This document shows positions 13,916 to 25,262 of a stretch of 64,000 nt of DNA, piece by piece. This DNA comes from Stegostoma tigrinum. Taxonomy: Eukaryota. Location of the stretch: assembly GCF_030684315.1 (NCBI RefSeq), contig NC_081358.1, forward strand, positions 2,976,001 to 3,040,000, read 5' to 3'. Within the stretch, counting starts at the first letter, position 1; each line of letters begins with the position of its first letter. Both the position numbers and the translations under genes were made by a program. The notes under the pieces are model-generated. The model ran no database searches. It saw nothing but the letters and a program-made list of their open reading frames with translations, and was not told the DNA's origin.

Positions 13916-14092
13916 AAGTTGGGACTGACCCATCCCCTCCCTAAACCCCCACCTACACTCACCTTGACTGGCTCCATCCCCATCTCTTTGAACTGTCTGT
14001 CTCCTCTCCACTTCTCTTCTATCAATCCTCTATCCACCTCCCCATCTCTCCCTGTTTCAGAACTCCTTTCCCCTCCCCCATTTCTGAAGAAG

Positions 14093-16908
14093 TGATGAAC
14101 TTAGAGCATGGATCAGTACCTGGTGCTATGATGTTGTGGCCATAACAGAGACATGGGTTTCTCATGGGCAGGAATGGTTGCTGGATGTTCCAGGGTTTAG
14201 AACATTTAAAAAGAATAGGGAGGGGGGAAAAAGAGGAGGGGGTGTAGCACTACTAATCAGAGAGGGTATCACAGCTACAGAAACTTCCATTGTCGAGGAA
14301 GATCTGCCTACTGAGTCAGTATGGGTGGAAATTAGGAACAGCAAGGGAGTAGTCACCTCATTAGGGGTTTACTACAGGCCCCCCAATAGCAGCAGGGAGA
14401 TTGAAGAAAGCATAGGTCGACAGATTTTGGAAAAGTGTGGACGCAGTAGGGTTGTTGTAATGGGTGACTTTAACTTTCCTAATATTGATTGGAACCTCCT
14501 TCGAGCAGAAGATTTGAATGGAGCTGTTTTTGTAAGGTGTGTTCAGGAGGGTTTCCTAACGCAGTACGTTGACAGGCCGACGAGGGGAGAGGCCATTCTA
14601 GACTTGGTGCTCGGAAACGAGCCGGGGCAGGTATCAGATCTTGTGGTGGGAGAGCATTTTGGTGATAGTGACCATAACTGCCTCACATTTTACATAGCTA
14701 TGGAGAAGGAGAGGATGAGGCAGAATGGGAGGATATTTAATTGGGGAAGAGGAAACTATGATGCGATTAGACATGAGTTAGGAAGCATGGACTGGGAGCA
14801 GTTGTTCCATGGTAAGGGAACGAGAGACATGTGGAGATGGTTTAAGGAACAGTTGTTGGGAGTGATGAGTAAATATGTCCCTCTGAGACAGGCAAGAAGG
14901 GGTAAGATTAAGGAACCTTGGATGACGAGGGCGGTGGAGCTTCTAGTGAAAAGGAAGAAGGTAGCTTACATAAGGTGGAGGAAGCTAGGGTCAAGTTCAG
15001 CTAGAGAGGATTACATGCAGGCAAGGAAGGAGCTCAAAAATGGTCTGAGGAGAGCCAGGAGGGGGCACGAGAAAGGCTTGGCAGAAGGAATCCGGGAAAA
15101 CACAAAGGCATTTTACACTTATGTGAGGAATAAGAGAATGGTCAAAGAAAGAGTAGGGCCGATCAGGGATAGCATAGGGAACTTGTGTGTGGAGCCTGAG
15201 GAGGTAGGGGAAGCCCTAAATGAGTTTTTTGCTTCTGTCTTTACAAAAGAAACCAACTTTGTAGTGAATGAAACCTTTGAAGAGCAGGTGTGCATGCTGG
15301 AATGGATAGAGATAGAGGAAGCTGATGTGCTGAAAATTTTGTCAAACATTAAGATTGACAAGTCGCCAGGCCCGGATCAGATTTGTCCTCGGCTGCTTTG
15401 GGAAGCGAGAAATGCAATTGCTTCGCCACTTGCGAAGATCTTTGCATCCTCGCTCTCCACTGGAGTCGTACCTGAGGACTGGAGAGAGGCAAATGTAATT
15501 CCTCTCTTCAAGAAAGGAAATCGGGAAATCCCCGGCAATTATAGACCGGTAAGTCTCACGTCTGTCGTCTGCAAGGTGTTAGAAAGGATTCTGAGGGATA
15601 AGATTTATGACCATCTGGAAGAGCATGGCTTGATCAAATACAGTCAACACGGCTTTGTGAGGGGTAGGTCATGCCTTACAAACCTTATCGAGTTTTTTGA
15701 GGATGTGACTAGAAAGGTTGATGAGGGTCGAGCTGTGGATGTGGTGTATATGGACTTCAGTAAGGCATTTGATAAGGTTCCCCATGGAAGGCTCATTCAG
15801 AAGGTCAGGAGGAATGGGATACAGGGGAACTTAGCTGCTTGGATACAGAATTGGCTGGCCAACAGAAGACAGCGAGTGGTAGTAGAAGGAAAATATTCTG
15901 CCTGGAAGTCAGTGGTGAGTGGGGTTCCACAGGGGTCTGTCCTTGGGCCTCTACTGTTTGTAATTTTTATTAATGACTTGGACGAGGGAATTGAAGGATG
16001 GGTCAGCAAGTTTGCAGACGACACAAAGGTCGGAGGTGTCGTTGACAGTGTAGAGGGCTGTTGTAGGCTGCAGCGGGACATTGACAGGATGCAGAGATGG
16101 GCTGAGAGGTGGCAGATGGAGTTCAACCTGGATAAATGCGAGGTGATGCATTTTGGAAGGTCGAATTTGAAAGCTGAGTACAGGATTAAGGATAGGATTC
16201 TTGGCAGCGTGGAGGAACAGAGGGATCTTGGTGTGCAGATACATAGATCCCTTAAAATGGCCACCCAAGTGGACAGGGTTGTTAAGAAAGCATATGGTGT
16301 TTTGGCTTTCATTAACAGGGGGATTGAGTTTAAGAGTCGTGAGATCTTGTTGCAGCTCTATAAAACTTTGGTTAGACCGCACTTGGAATACTGCGTCCAG
16401 TTCTGGGCGCCCTATTATAGGAAAGATGTGGATGCTTTGGAGAGGGTTCAGAGGAGGTTTACCAGGATGCTGCCTGGACTGGAGGGCTTATCTTATGAAG
16501 AGAGGTTGACTGAGCTCGGTCTCTTTTCATTGGAGAAAAGGAGGAGGAGAGGGGACCTAATTGAGGTATACAAGATAATGAGAGGCATAGATAGAGTTGA
16601 TAGCCAGAGACTATTTCCCAGGGCAGAAATGGCTAGCACGAGGGGTCATAGTTTTAAGCTGGTTGGTGGAAAGTATAGAGGGGATGTCAGAGGCAGGTTC
16701 TTTACGCAGAGAGTTGTGAGAGCATGGAATGCGTTGCCAGCAGCAGTTGTGGAAGCAAGGTCATTGGGGTCATTTAAGAGACTGCTGGACATGCATATGG
16801 TCACAGAAATTTGAGGGTGCATACATGAGGATCAATGGTCGGCACAACATTGTGGGCTGAAGGGCCTGTTCTGTGCTGTACTGTTCTATGTTCTATGTTC
16901 TATGTTCT
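14093..16908 (+). mobile_element. Young 5'-truncated CR1 LINE
   Basis: Open ORF2, 3' UTR and (TTCTATG)n tail. Inserted into a PLE hammerhead (TTCTGAAGAAG|GGTCTAGG) with an AAG duplication. Confidence 0.95.
14094..16814 (+). CDS. CR1 ORF2: AP-endonuclease and reverse transcriptase (N-terminus slightly truncated)
   Basis: Uninterrupted frame with VAITETW, YRPP, GDFNFP, SDH, QHGF..GRSCLTNL, DFSKAFD, GVPQGSVLGP, FADD. Confidence 0.95.
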   Translation, partial: DELRAWISTWCYDVVAITETWVSHGQEWLLDVPGFRTFKKNREGGKRGGGVALLIREGITATETSIVEEDLPTESVWVEIRNSKGVVTSLGVYYRPPNSSREIEESIGRQILEKCGRSRVVVMGDFNFPNIDWNLLRAEDLNGAVFVRCVQEGFLTQYVDRPTRGEAILDLVLGNEPGQVSDLVVGEHFGDSDHNCLTFYIAMEKERMRQNGRIFNWGRGNYDAIRHELGSMDWEQLFHGKGTRDMWRWFKEQLLGVMSKYVPLRQARRGKIKEPWMTRAVELLVKRKKVAYIRWRKLGSSSAREDYMQARKELKNGLRRARRGHEKGLAEGIRENTKAFYTYVRNKRMVKERVGPIRDSIGNLCVEPEEVGEALNEFFASVFTKETNFVVNETFEEQVCMLEWIEIEEADVLKILSNIKIDKSPGPDQICPRLLWEARNAIASPLAKIFASSLSTGVVPEDWREANVIPLFKKGNREIPGNYRPVSLTSVVCKVLERILRDKIYDHLEEHGLIKYSQHGFVRGRSCLTNLIEFFEDVTRKVDEGRAVDVVYMDFSKAFDKVPHGRLIQKVRRNGIQGNLAAWIQNWLANRRQRVVVEGKYSAWKSVVSGVPQGSVLGPLLFVIFINDLDEGIEGWVSKFADDTKVGGVVDSVEGCCRLQRDIDRMQRWAERWQMEFNLDKCEVMHFGRSNLKAEYRIKDRILGSVEEQRDLGVQIHRSLKMATQVDRVVKKAYGVLAFINRGIEFKSREILLQLYKTLVRPHLEYCVQFWAPYYRKDVDALERVQRRFTRMLPGLEGLSYEERLTELGLFSLEKRRRRGDLIEVYKIMRGIDRVDSQRLFPRAEMASTRGHSFKLVGGKYRGDVRGRFFTQRVVRAWNALPAAVVEARSLGSFKRLLDMHMVTEI

Positions 16909-18239
16909 AAGGGTCTAGGTCCAAAACATCAGCTTTCCTGCTCCTCTGATGCTGCTTGACCTGATGCATTCATCCAGCTCTACACCTTGTTATCTCAGAC
17001 TCTCCAGCATCTGCAGTTCCTACCATCTATTTTCCTCACCATCATCAGCTCTGAAGAAGGGCCCATCCACTTGAAATGTTAACTCTGTTTTTCTCTCTCC
17101 ACAAAGGCTGCCAGATCTGCTAAGTTTCTCCAGCAATTTCTGTTTCTGTTTCAGAACCTCCATTGTTTGTCCATGATTCAGGTATTCATCTCAACTGCCG
17201 GAAAGTATCTAAATACTCCTTGCTCCAAATAACTAATATACGAGTGTAACTTCCCAACTCCTGTCTGTGGTAAAATAGTAAAAAACTGAGGCAATAGCTC
17301 ATCTGCCTCGGCCCATGCAATCAGATTTCAGAACTACTGTACCCACAATATTTCTTTGATGCAAAATGTTGCGGATGTTGAAAATCTGAAAGAAAATAAA
17401 ATTCTTGTGGAAACACACGGGTCACTCAGCAGAAACTCTTTCACTCACAAAATATGCTGCTTGTCCTCATTATTTCCAACTTTCTCTATTTAGAGGGAAA
17501 AAGTGCTTTATGCAGGAATCCCAAATTGGCTATCGTTTATGGGAGCTTGTTGTGCTATCACTAATTGTAATGGGGCTTTTTTGTCTAAATAGATACACAA
17601 CAAAAGTGCTGGATTTGCTGGGAAGCTCTTTGGGACACCCTCAGTTATAGTCAATACTCTAAAATGGCACACGTCAAGGTACAACGTACTCCGTTCACGA
17701 TTTGGTTAATTGGAACTGCTTCAGTGCTGAGGGAAATGGATCAGTTTTTGCGATGAGATCTTAAACTGAGGTTTCCTCTTCCCTCTTAAACATTGACGAC
17801 ACCACTAGGAGATTACTGCTCAATCAAAACCTGTTTGTTGTGGGATCCTGCTGTACACAAATGATTACATAAATACTATAATCATGTCCGTTGGAGGTAT
17901 TCTGAGCCTGCTGCATAAACGGAGCGCATTTGTACGTTTCATTTAAAATGGGCGCACATTATAGTTTATTGAGAGGGAGGAATTATTTCCGCAGCGGTCG
18001 GACCTTGAATGAATTCACTGGCTCTGGTGGAGATGACGAGTGTCATTAAAACAAAACGGAGAACTGCGGGTACTGGAGAGTTGAAATAACGAAAAAGGAG
18101 CAGACATTAGCAGATCTGACAGCACCTGTGCGAAGAAAGCGGAGTTAACGTTTCGACAGCATTTTATTTTTTGCTACAGGTGTCATTTCCTGCCGCAATA
18201 TATTTCATCGATTTCTCAGACAAGCCAGCAGCCGGAGAC

Positions 18240-18672
18240 ATGCAGATCCTGATGCTTGTATCTGTCGCGTATTTCTCCTGTGAGTACTTTAGGTTTCACT
18301 CGTTGGAATTGATAACATGTCCTCCTACAATACCAATCAGTGCCATGTTTCTTTTGAAAACAGGTGGTGGTTTAGCTCAATCCCTGAGCCAACCCACGCT
18401 ATCGGTGAGCAGGGCTCGGACAGAAATGGCCCGTTTTCGGTGCATCCTGGAGGATGTGGATTTCGAGAGTGTGACCGTGCACTGGTACCGGCACACTCCG
18501 AGCCAGGGCTTCCGCCGCATTCTCTACGTGACTGGGGCCCGATCAGTTTACGACGATGACTTCGCCGACAGGTTCACAGCCGAAAACGTGGAGAAAGAGA
18601 AAAGCAGTCTGCTCGACATAAGAAACCTCGCGGAGAGTGATGCTGGAGTCTATTACTGTGCCGTGTGGGGAG
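18240..18672 (+). CDS. TRGV: TCR gamma-like V segment V1 (leader 18240-18279, intron 18280-18363, V exon 18364-18672)
   Basis: Leader MQILMLVSVAYFS, GTGAGT donor, CAG acceptor, phase 1. V-set exon ...RFRC...VHWYRH...RILY...DAGVYYCAVWG followed by a 23-spacer RSS. HWY and YYCAxW are typical of TRGV. Confidence 0.88.
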
Positions 18673-18711
18673 CACGATGATACGTGTCTGTGGGAGGGCC
18701 CTGCAAATACT
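18673..18711 (+). other. 23-spacer RSS of V1 (non-consensus heptamer)
   Basis: CACGATG 18673-18679, 23 nt spacer, GCAAATACT 18703-18711. Confidence 0.8.
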
Positions 18712-19719
18712 CCGCACCACAGATACCTGCTCTTTCCCCCAAAGGGGTGAAGGGGGTCGAGGGTCGAAAATAAGTTACTAAATTGTCTTAAACCTGCCGT
18801 CAAACAATACGGGTTTCGATCCACATTTCCGTCCAGTAATTCTTTCGCTAAGATTTCCCAAACACAAGAGAAGCAAAAGTCTATGGCGGGACGAGGACTT
18901 AGGGTGTAGCATGGCCGGATAAAAGTAACCTCAAAGATAAACGGACACAGATTGTGTCCGGGGATACTCAGTGAAAGGGCAACTGGGAGGGTGTATTAAA
19001 CAATCCACGGTTTAAATGGAGAAGTGGCAGGAGACAAAAAGACCCCGCCAGTGCTTGATATGTCTCGTACTGAGCTGGTCAATTCCAACTCATTCAAACC
19101 GAGCGGATGTTCGGGATACATTTAAATTGACAACGGAGCGAGTAAATATTGGGATATAACTCGGAATAGGCAGTGGGAGTGGATGCAGCGATGATTCACT
19201 TTGTTACTACAAACTAAACTCGGAAATAAATTGCTGGGATCTCCAGATTGATTCAGTTCGGCTCACTCTCTGCTCTTAACATCGCTGTTATTTTTGACCC
19301 GCGTGTTCCTGGAATCACCCGTATAACTTATATTAGTCCGCTTTATCTTGTTTGGAGAAAAAAATGTACGCGCCCGTCGCGAAACGCGACTCCCGGGTGG
19401 AATTTACTCTGTCCCGGGAGCTGTTCATGTCCTGGACTCGACTATCACGATTGCTTTCCTACCCCTCTCCCATCATCTCCAGTTTGTCCAGAAATACGCT
19501 GCAGTCCGTGCTCGTTACGTTTTAACAGATCCTCATACTAAAATCTCTATTCTGGTTCACATTACTCCCTATCGGCAACTCTCTTCAGGATTTTCCCATC
19601 CTGCGACTTCGTTCGCACCTTCAGTGGCACAGTCGTGCTCCCCACTTCTCCCTGTAAAACACATAGCCCAAACTTTCGTCTCTAAAAGTTTTCGGGCACT
19701 CGATCTCGTTCTTGTTTGA

Positions 19720-20428
19720 GAAATAGTAGGAACTGCAGATGCTGGAGAGTCTGCGGTAACACGCTGTGGATCTGGATGAACACAGCAGGCCAAGCAGCAT
19801 CAGAGGAGCAGAAAAGCTGACGTTTCGGGTCTAGACCCTTCCTCAGAAATGGGGGATGGGGATTCTGAAATAAATAGGGAGAGAGGGGGAGGCGGAGAGA
19901 AGATGGATAGAGGTGAGAATGGATAGAGGAAAAGATAGGTGGAGTGGAGACAGACTGGTCAAAAAGGCGGGGATGGAACCAATAAAGCTGTGTAGGTGGG
20001 GATTTAGGGAGGGGATAGGTCAGTGCAGGCAGGTCAAGGGGGTGGGATGAGGTTAGTAGGTAGGAGATGGGGGTGGGGCTTGAGGTGGGAGGTGGGGATA
20101 GGTGGGTGGAAGTACAGGTTAGGGAGGTGGGGACGAGCTGGGCTGGTTTTGGGATGCAGTGGGGGAAGGGGAGATTTTGAAGCTGGTGAAGTCCACATTG
20201 ATACCACTGGGCTGCAGGGTTCCCAATCGGAATATGAGTTGCTGTTCCTGCAACCTTCGGGTGGCACGGCAGGAGGTCCAGGATGGACATGCCGTTTGAG
20301 GAGTACGAGGGGGAGTTGAAATGGTTTGGGACTGAGAGGTGCAGTTGTTCAGTGTGAACCGAGTGCAGGAGTTCTGCAAAGCGATACCCAAGCCTCCGCT
20401 TGGTTTACCCGATGTACAGGAGGCTGCA
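19720..20428 (-). mobile_element. PLE 3' fragment (GIY-YIG end and pseudo-LTR)
   Basis: RRLQEQQLIFRLGTLQPSGINVDF; hammerhead at ~19819-19846 (minus). Confidence 0.85.
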
Positions 20429-20439
20429 GAACATCTACC

Positions 20440-23400
20440 CTCAGTAGGTGACCATTTAAATGCCTTTGAAGTTGGCGACACTACTACTGTTGCAGGCAGG
20501 GCATTCCAAGCCCTTATTACTCTCTGAGTAAAGAACCTACCTCTGACATCTGTCCTATATCTATCACTCCTCAATTTAAAGCTATGTCACCTCATGCTAG
20601 CCATCACCAACTGAGGAAAAAGGCTCTCACTGTCCACCTTATCTAATCCTCTGATCATCTTGTATGTCTCTATTAAATCACCTCTTAACCTTCTTGTCTC
20701 TAACAAAAACAGCCTCAAGTCCCTCCGCCTTTCCTCAGAACACCTTCCCTCCATACCAGGCAACATCCTGGTAAATCTCCTCTGCACCCTTTCCAATGCT
20801 TCCACATCCTTCCTATAATGCAGCGACCAGAATTGTATGCAATACTCCAAGTGCGGCCGCACCAGAGTTTTGTACAGCTGCAACATGACCTCATGGCTCT
20901 GAAATTCAATCCCTCTACCAATAAAATCTAACACATCATATGCCTTCTTAACAACATTCTCAACCTGAGTGGCAACTTTCAGGGATCTATGCACATGGAC
21001 ACCGAGATCTCTCCACTCATCCATACTACCAAGAATCTTACCATTAGCCCAGTACTCTGAATTCCTGTTACTCTTTCTAAAGTGAATCACCTCACACTTT
21101 CCCACATTAAGCCCCATTTGCCACCTCTCAGCCCTGCTCTGCAGCTTATTTATGTCCCTCTGTAACCTACAACATCCTTCCGCACTATCCACAACTCCAC
21201 CGACTTTAGTGTCATCTGCAAATTTACTGACCCATCCTCCTACGCTCTCATCCAGGTCATTTATAAAAATGACAAACAGCAGTGGCCCCAAAACAGATCC
21301 TTGTGGTACACCACTAGTAACTGAAATCCAGGCTGAACATTTCCCATCAACCGCCACCCTCTGCCTTTTTACAGCTAGCCAATTTCTGATCCAAACTGTT
21401 AAATCACCCTCAATCCCATGCCTCTGTATTTTCCGCAATAGCCTACCATGGGAAGCCTTATCAAATGCTTTACCCTCATCCACCTGTTTGGTCACCTTTC
21501 CAAAGAACTCAATAAGGTTTGTAAGGCACGACCTACCCTTCACAAAACCATGTTGACTATCCCTAGTCAAATTATTCCTTTCTAGATGATTATAAATCCT
21601 AAACCTTATGACCTTTTCCACCACTTTACCCACAACTGAAGTAAGGCTCACTGGTCTATAATTACCGGGATTGTCTCTACTCCCCTTCTTGAACAAGGGG
21701 ACAATATTTGCTATCCTCCAGTCTTCTGGCACTATTCCTGTAGACAATGATGACATAAAGATCAAAGCCAAAGGTATGCAATCTCATCCCTGGCTTCCCA
21801 GAGAATCCTAGGACAAATCCCATCCGAGCCAGGGGACTTATTTATTTTCACACTTTCCAGAATTGCTAACGCCTCCTCCTTATGAACCTCAATCCTGTCT
21901 AGTCTAATAGCCTGCATCTCAGTATTCTCCTCCACAACATTGTCTCTTTCTTGTGTGAATACTGACAAAAAATATTAATTTAGTGCCTCTCCAATTTCTT
22001 CAGACTCCACGCACAATTTCCCACTACTGCCCTTGACTGGCCCTAATCTTACATCATTCTTTTGTTCCTGACATACCTATAGAAATCTTTAGGGTTTTCC
22101 TTGATCCTACCTGCCAAAGACTTCTCATGTCCCCTCCTGGCTCTTCTTAGCTCTCTCTTTAGGTCTTTCCTGGATAACTTGTAAATCTCAAGCACCCTAA
22201 CTGAGCCTTCACACCTCATCTTTACATAAGCCTCTTTCTTCCTCTTGCCAAGAGATTCAACTTCTTAATTAAACCACAGTTCCCTCGCTTGACCACTTCC
22301 TCCCTGCCTGACAGGTACATGCTTGTCAAGGACAGACAGTAGCTTTTCTTTGAATAAGCTCCACATTTCAATTGTGCCCAGCCCCTGCAGTTTCCTTTCC
22401 CATCCTATGCATCCTAAATGCTGCCTAATAGGCTCATAATTGCCTTTCTCCCCAGCGGTAACTCTTGCCCTGTGGTATATATCTATCCCTTTCCATCGCT
22501 AAAGTAAACGTAACTGAATTGTGGTCACTATCATTGAAGTGCTCACCTACCTCCAATTATAACACCTGGCCTGGTTCATTACCCAGTACCAAATCCAATG
22601 TTGCCTCACCTCTTGTTGGCCTCAGGAAACTCTCTTGCACACATTGGACAAAAACTGACCCCTCTAAAGTACTTGAACCATAGCGTCTCCAGTCAATATT
22701 TGGAAAGTTGAAGTCCCCCATAACAGCTACCCTGTTACTTTCATTCCTATCCAGAATCATCTTTGAAATCCTTTCCTCTACATCTCTGGAACTTTTTGGA
22801 GGCCTGTAGAAAACTCCCAACAGGGTGACCTCTCCTTTCCTGCTTCTTACCTCAGCCCATACCACCTCAGCAGATGAGTCCTCATCAAACATCGTGTCTG
22901 CCACCATCCTTGACTAACAATGCCACACCTTCCCCCTCTTTTACCACCTTTCCTGATCTTACTGAAACATCTAAACCCCAGAACCTGCAACAGCTATTCC
23001 TGTCCCTGCTCCATCCTTGCCTCTGTAATGGCCACAATATCGAAGTCCCAGGTACTAACCCATGCTGCAAGTTCACCCACCTTATTCCAGGCACTCTTGG
23101 CGTTGAAGTGGACACACTTCAAACCACCTTCCTGCTGGCTGGTACACTCCTGCGACCTTGAAACCTTATTCATGACCTCACTACTCTCAACTTCCTGTTC
23201 ACTGGAGCTACAAATCAGGTTCCCATCCCCCTGCTGCATCAGTTTATATCATCCTGAAGGGCATTAGCAAATTCCGCCCCCCCCCCTCAGGATATTGGTA
23301 TCCCTCTGGTTCAGGAGTAGACCATCCCATTTGTAGAGGTCCCACCTACCCCAGACTGACCCCCAATTATCCAGGTATCTGAATCCCTCCCTCCTGCACC

Positions 23401-23955
23401 ATCCCTGTAGCCACGTGTTCAACTGCTCTCGCTCCCTATTCCTCGCCTCACTAGCACGTGGCACGGCGAACGATCCCGAGATAACAACTCTGTTTGTTGG
23501 AGCTCTCAGATTCCACTCTAGTCCCTTGAATTTCAGCCTGACATCCCATTCCCCTTTCCTACCTATATCGTTAGTGCCTATGTGGACCACGACTTGGGGC
23601 TTCTCCCCGTCCCCCTTAAGGGTCCCCAAAACACTATCTGAGACACCATGGACCCTGGCACCTGGGAAGCAACACACCAACTGCGAGTCTCTCTCATTCC
23701 CACAGAATCTCCTATCTGTCCCCCTAACTATGAGCTAATGATCTCCTCCTCTCCCCCCTTCCCTTCTGAGCAACAGGGACAGGCTCTGTGCCAGAAACCT
23801 GTACCCCATGGCTTACCCCTGGCAAGTCATCCCCCTCAACAGTATCCAAAGCCGTATACGTGTTATTGAGGGGAATGGCCATAACGGATCCCTGCGCTGT
23901 CTGCCTGTTTCCTTTCCGTCCCCTGGCTGTAACCCATCTACCTTTTTCCGGTAAC
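20440..23955 (-). mobile_element. Near-complete degraded CR1 including ORF1 esterase-like domain
   Basis: RT fragment 20587-21771 (GVPQGSVLGP, FADD), EN fragments 22557-23239, ORF1 23264-23680 with CCFPGARV...VVVHIGTNDIG (SGNH/GDSL-like). Confidence 0.92.
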
Positions 23956-24555
23956 TGAGAAAAGACTGACAGGTCAAGGAGGCGGGGATAAACTGGGCTG
24001 GTATTGGGATGAGGTCGGGGATGGGGAGATTTTGTGCACCAACAAGAAACAAATAAGAAACGATTAAGGACACGGAGAGCAAGCGGGGTCACATTTTATG
24101 AAGAGGCATTAAAGTGGATGGCATTAAAGAGGCATTAAAGCAGGCCAGTCACCATCAGCGGAGTGGGAAAGTTGACGGCTCGGATCCAGACCCTTCGTCA
24201 GAACTGAGGAGGGGAAGAGAGCTGGCAAATAAATAGAGGAAGGGTGGGGCTGGGGGACGGGATGTGAAATGGTGATAGGTGGATGTAGGTAGGGGTCGGT
24301 GGGAAGGGGTGGGGGCGGAGTTGGGGAAGAAGACGAGGTAACAAGGTGTAGAGCTGGATGAACACAGCAGACCAAGCAGCATGAGAGGAGCAGGAAAGCT
24401 GACGTTTCGGACCTAGAGCCTTCTTCAGGAAAAAGATAGGCAGGTTATGCCAGGTCAAGGAGGCGGGATGGGACCGGAGTGAGGAGATCTTAAAACTGGT
24501 AGATTCTATGTTAAGACCATCGGGCTGTAAGCTCCCGAAGCGGAATAGGATGTGT

Positions 24556-25262
24556 TAGAACAGTACAGGCCCTTCGGTCCGCGATGTTGAGCCGAAATTT
24601 TACCCTAAACCTAAGGTCTATCTAACCTCCACCCCTACCTTATATTATCATCCATATGCCTTTTAATAGCCGCTTAAATGCCCCTAATGAGGCCGGCTCC
24701 ACTACCCTCTCCGGCAATGCATTCCACGCCCCATCACTTTCTGAGTAAAGAGCGTACCTCCGACCTCTCCCCTATATCTACCTCCACTCACTTTAAACCT
24801 ATGCCCCCTCGTAATAGCTACCTCCACCCTCGGAAAAAGTCTCTAGTTTTCCATTCTGTCTATACCTCTGATCATGTTGTACACCTCTGTCAAGTCACCT
24901 CTCATCCTTAGTGGTTCCAAAGAGAAAAGCCTTAAATCTCTCAACCTTTCCTTGGAAGACCTTTTCACCATTCCAGGCAAAATCCCGGTAAATCTCCTCT
25001 GCACCTTTTCCAAAGCTTCCACATCTTTCCTGCAATGATGCGACCAGAACTGGACACAATACTCCAGATGTGTCCGAGCCAGGCTTTTGTATAGATGGAG
25101 CATAACTTCACGGCTCTTGAACTCAATCCCTCTATTAGTAAAAGCGAACACACCATACGCCTTCTTAACAACTGTATCCACCTGGGTGGTAGCTCTCAGG
25201 GGGCTGTGGGCATGAACCTCAAGATCCCTCTGTCCCTCCACACTGCCAAGAATCTTTGCCTT
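24556..25262 (-). mobile_element. CR1 3' fragment among PLE fragments (~23960-24550, 25265-25490)
   Basis: [12 protein letters not shown]...LEKVQRRFT. Confidence 0.85.

Noticed and set aside
18171-18680. 169-aa single-exon or germline-joined V
   Set aside because: The 84-bp intron is merely in frame and stop-free. Canonical splice sites and an RSS are present, and no J (FGxG) motif follows.
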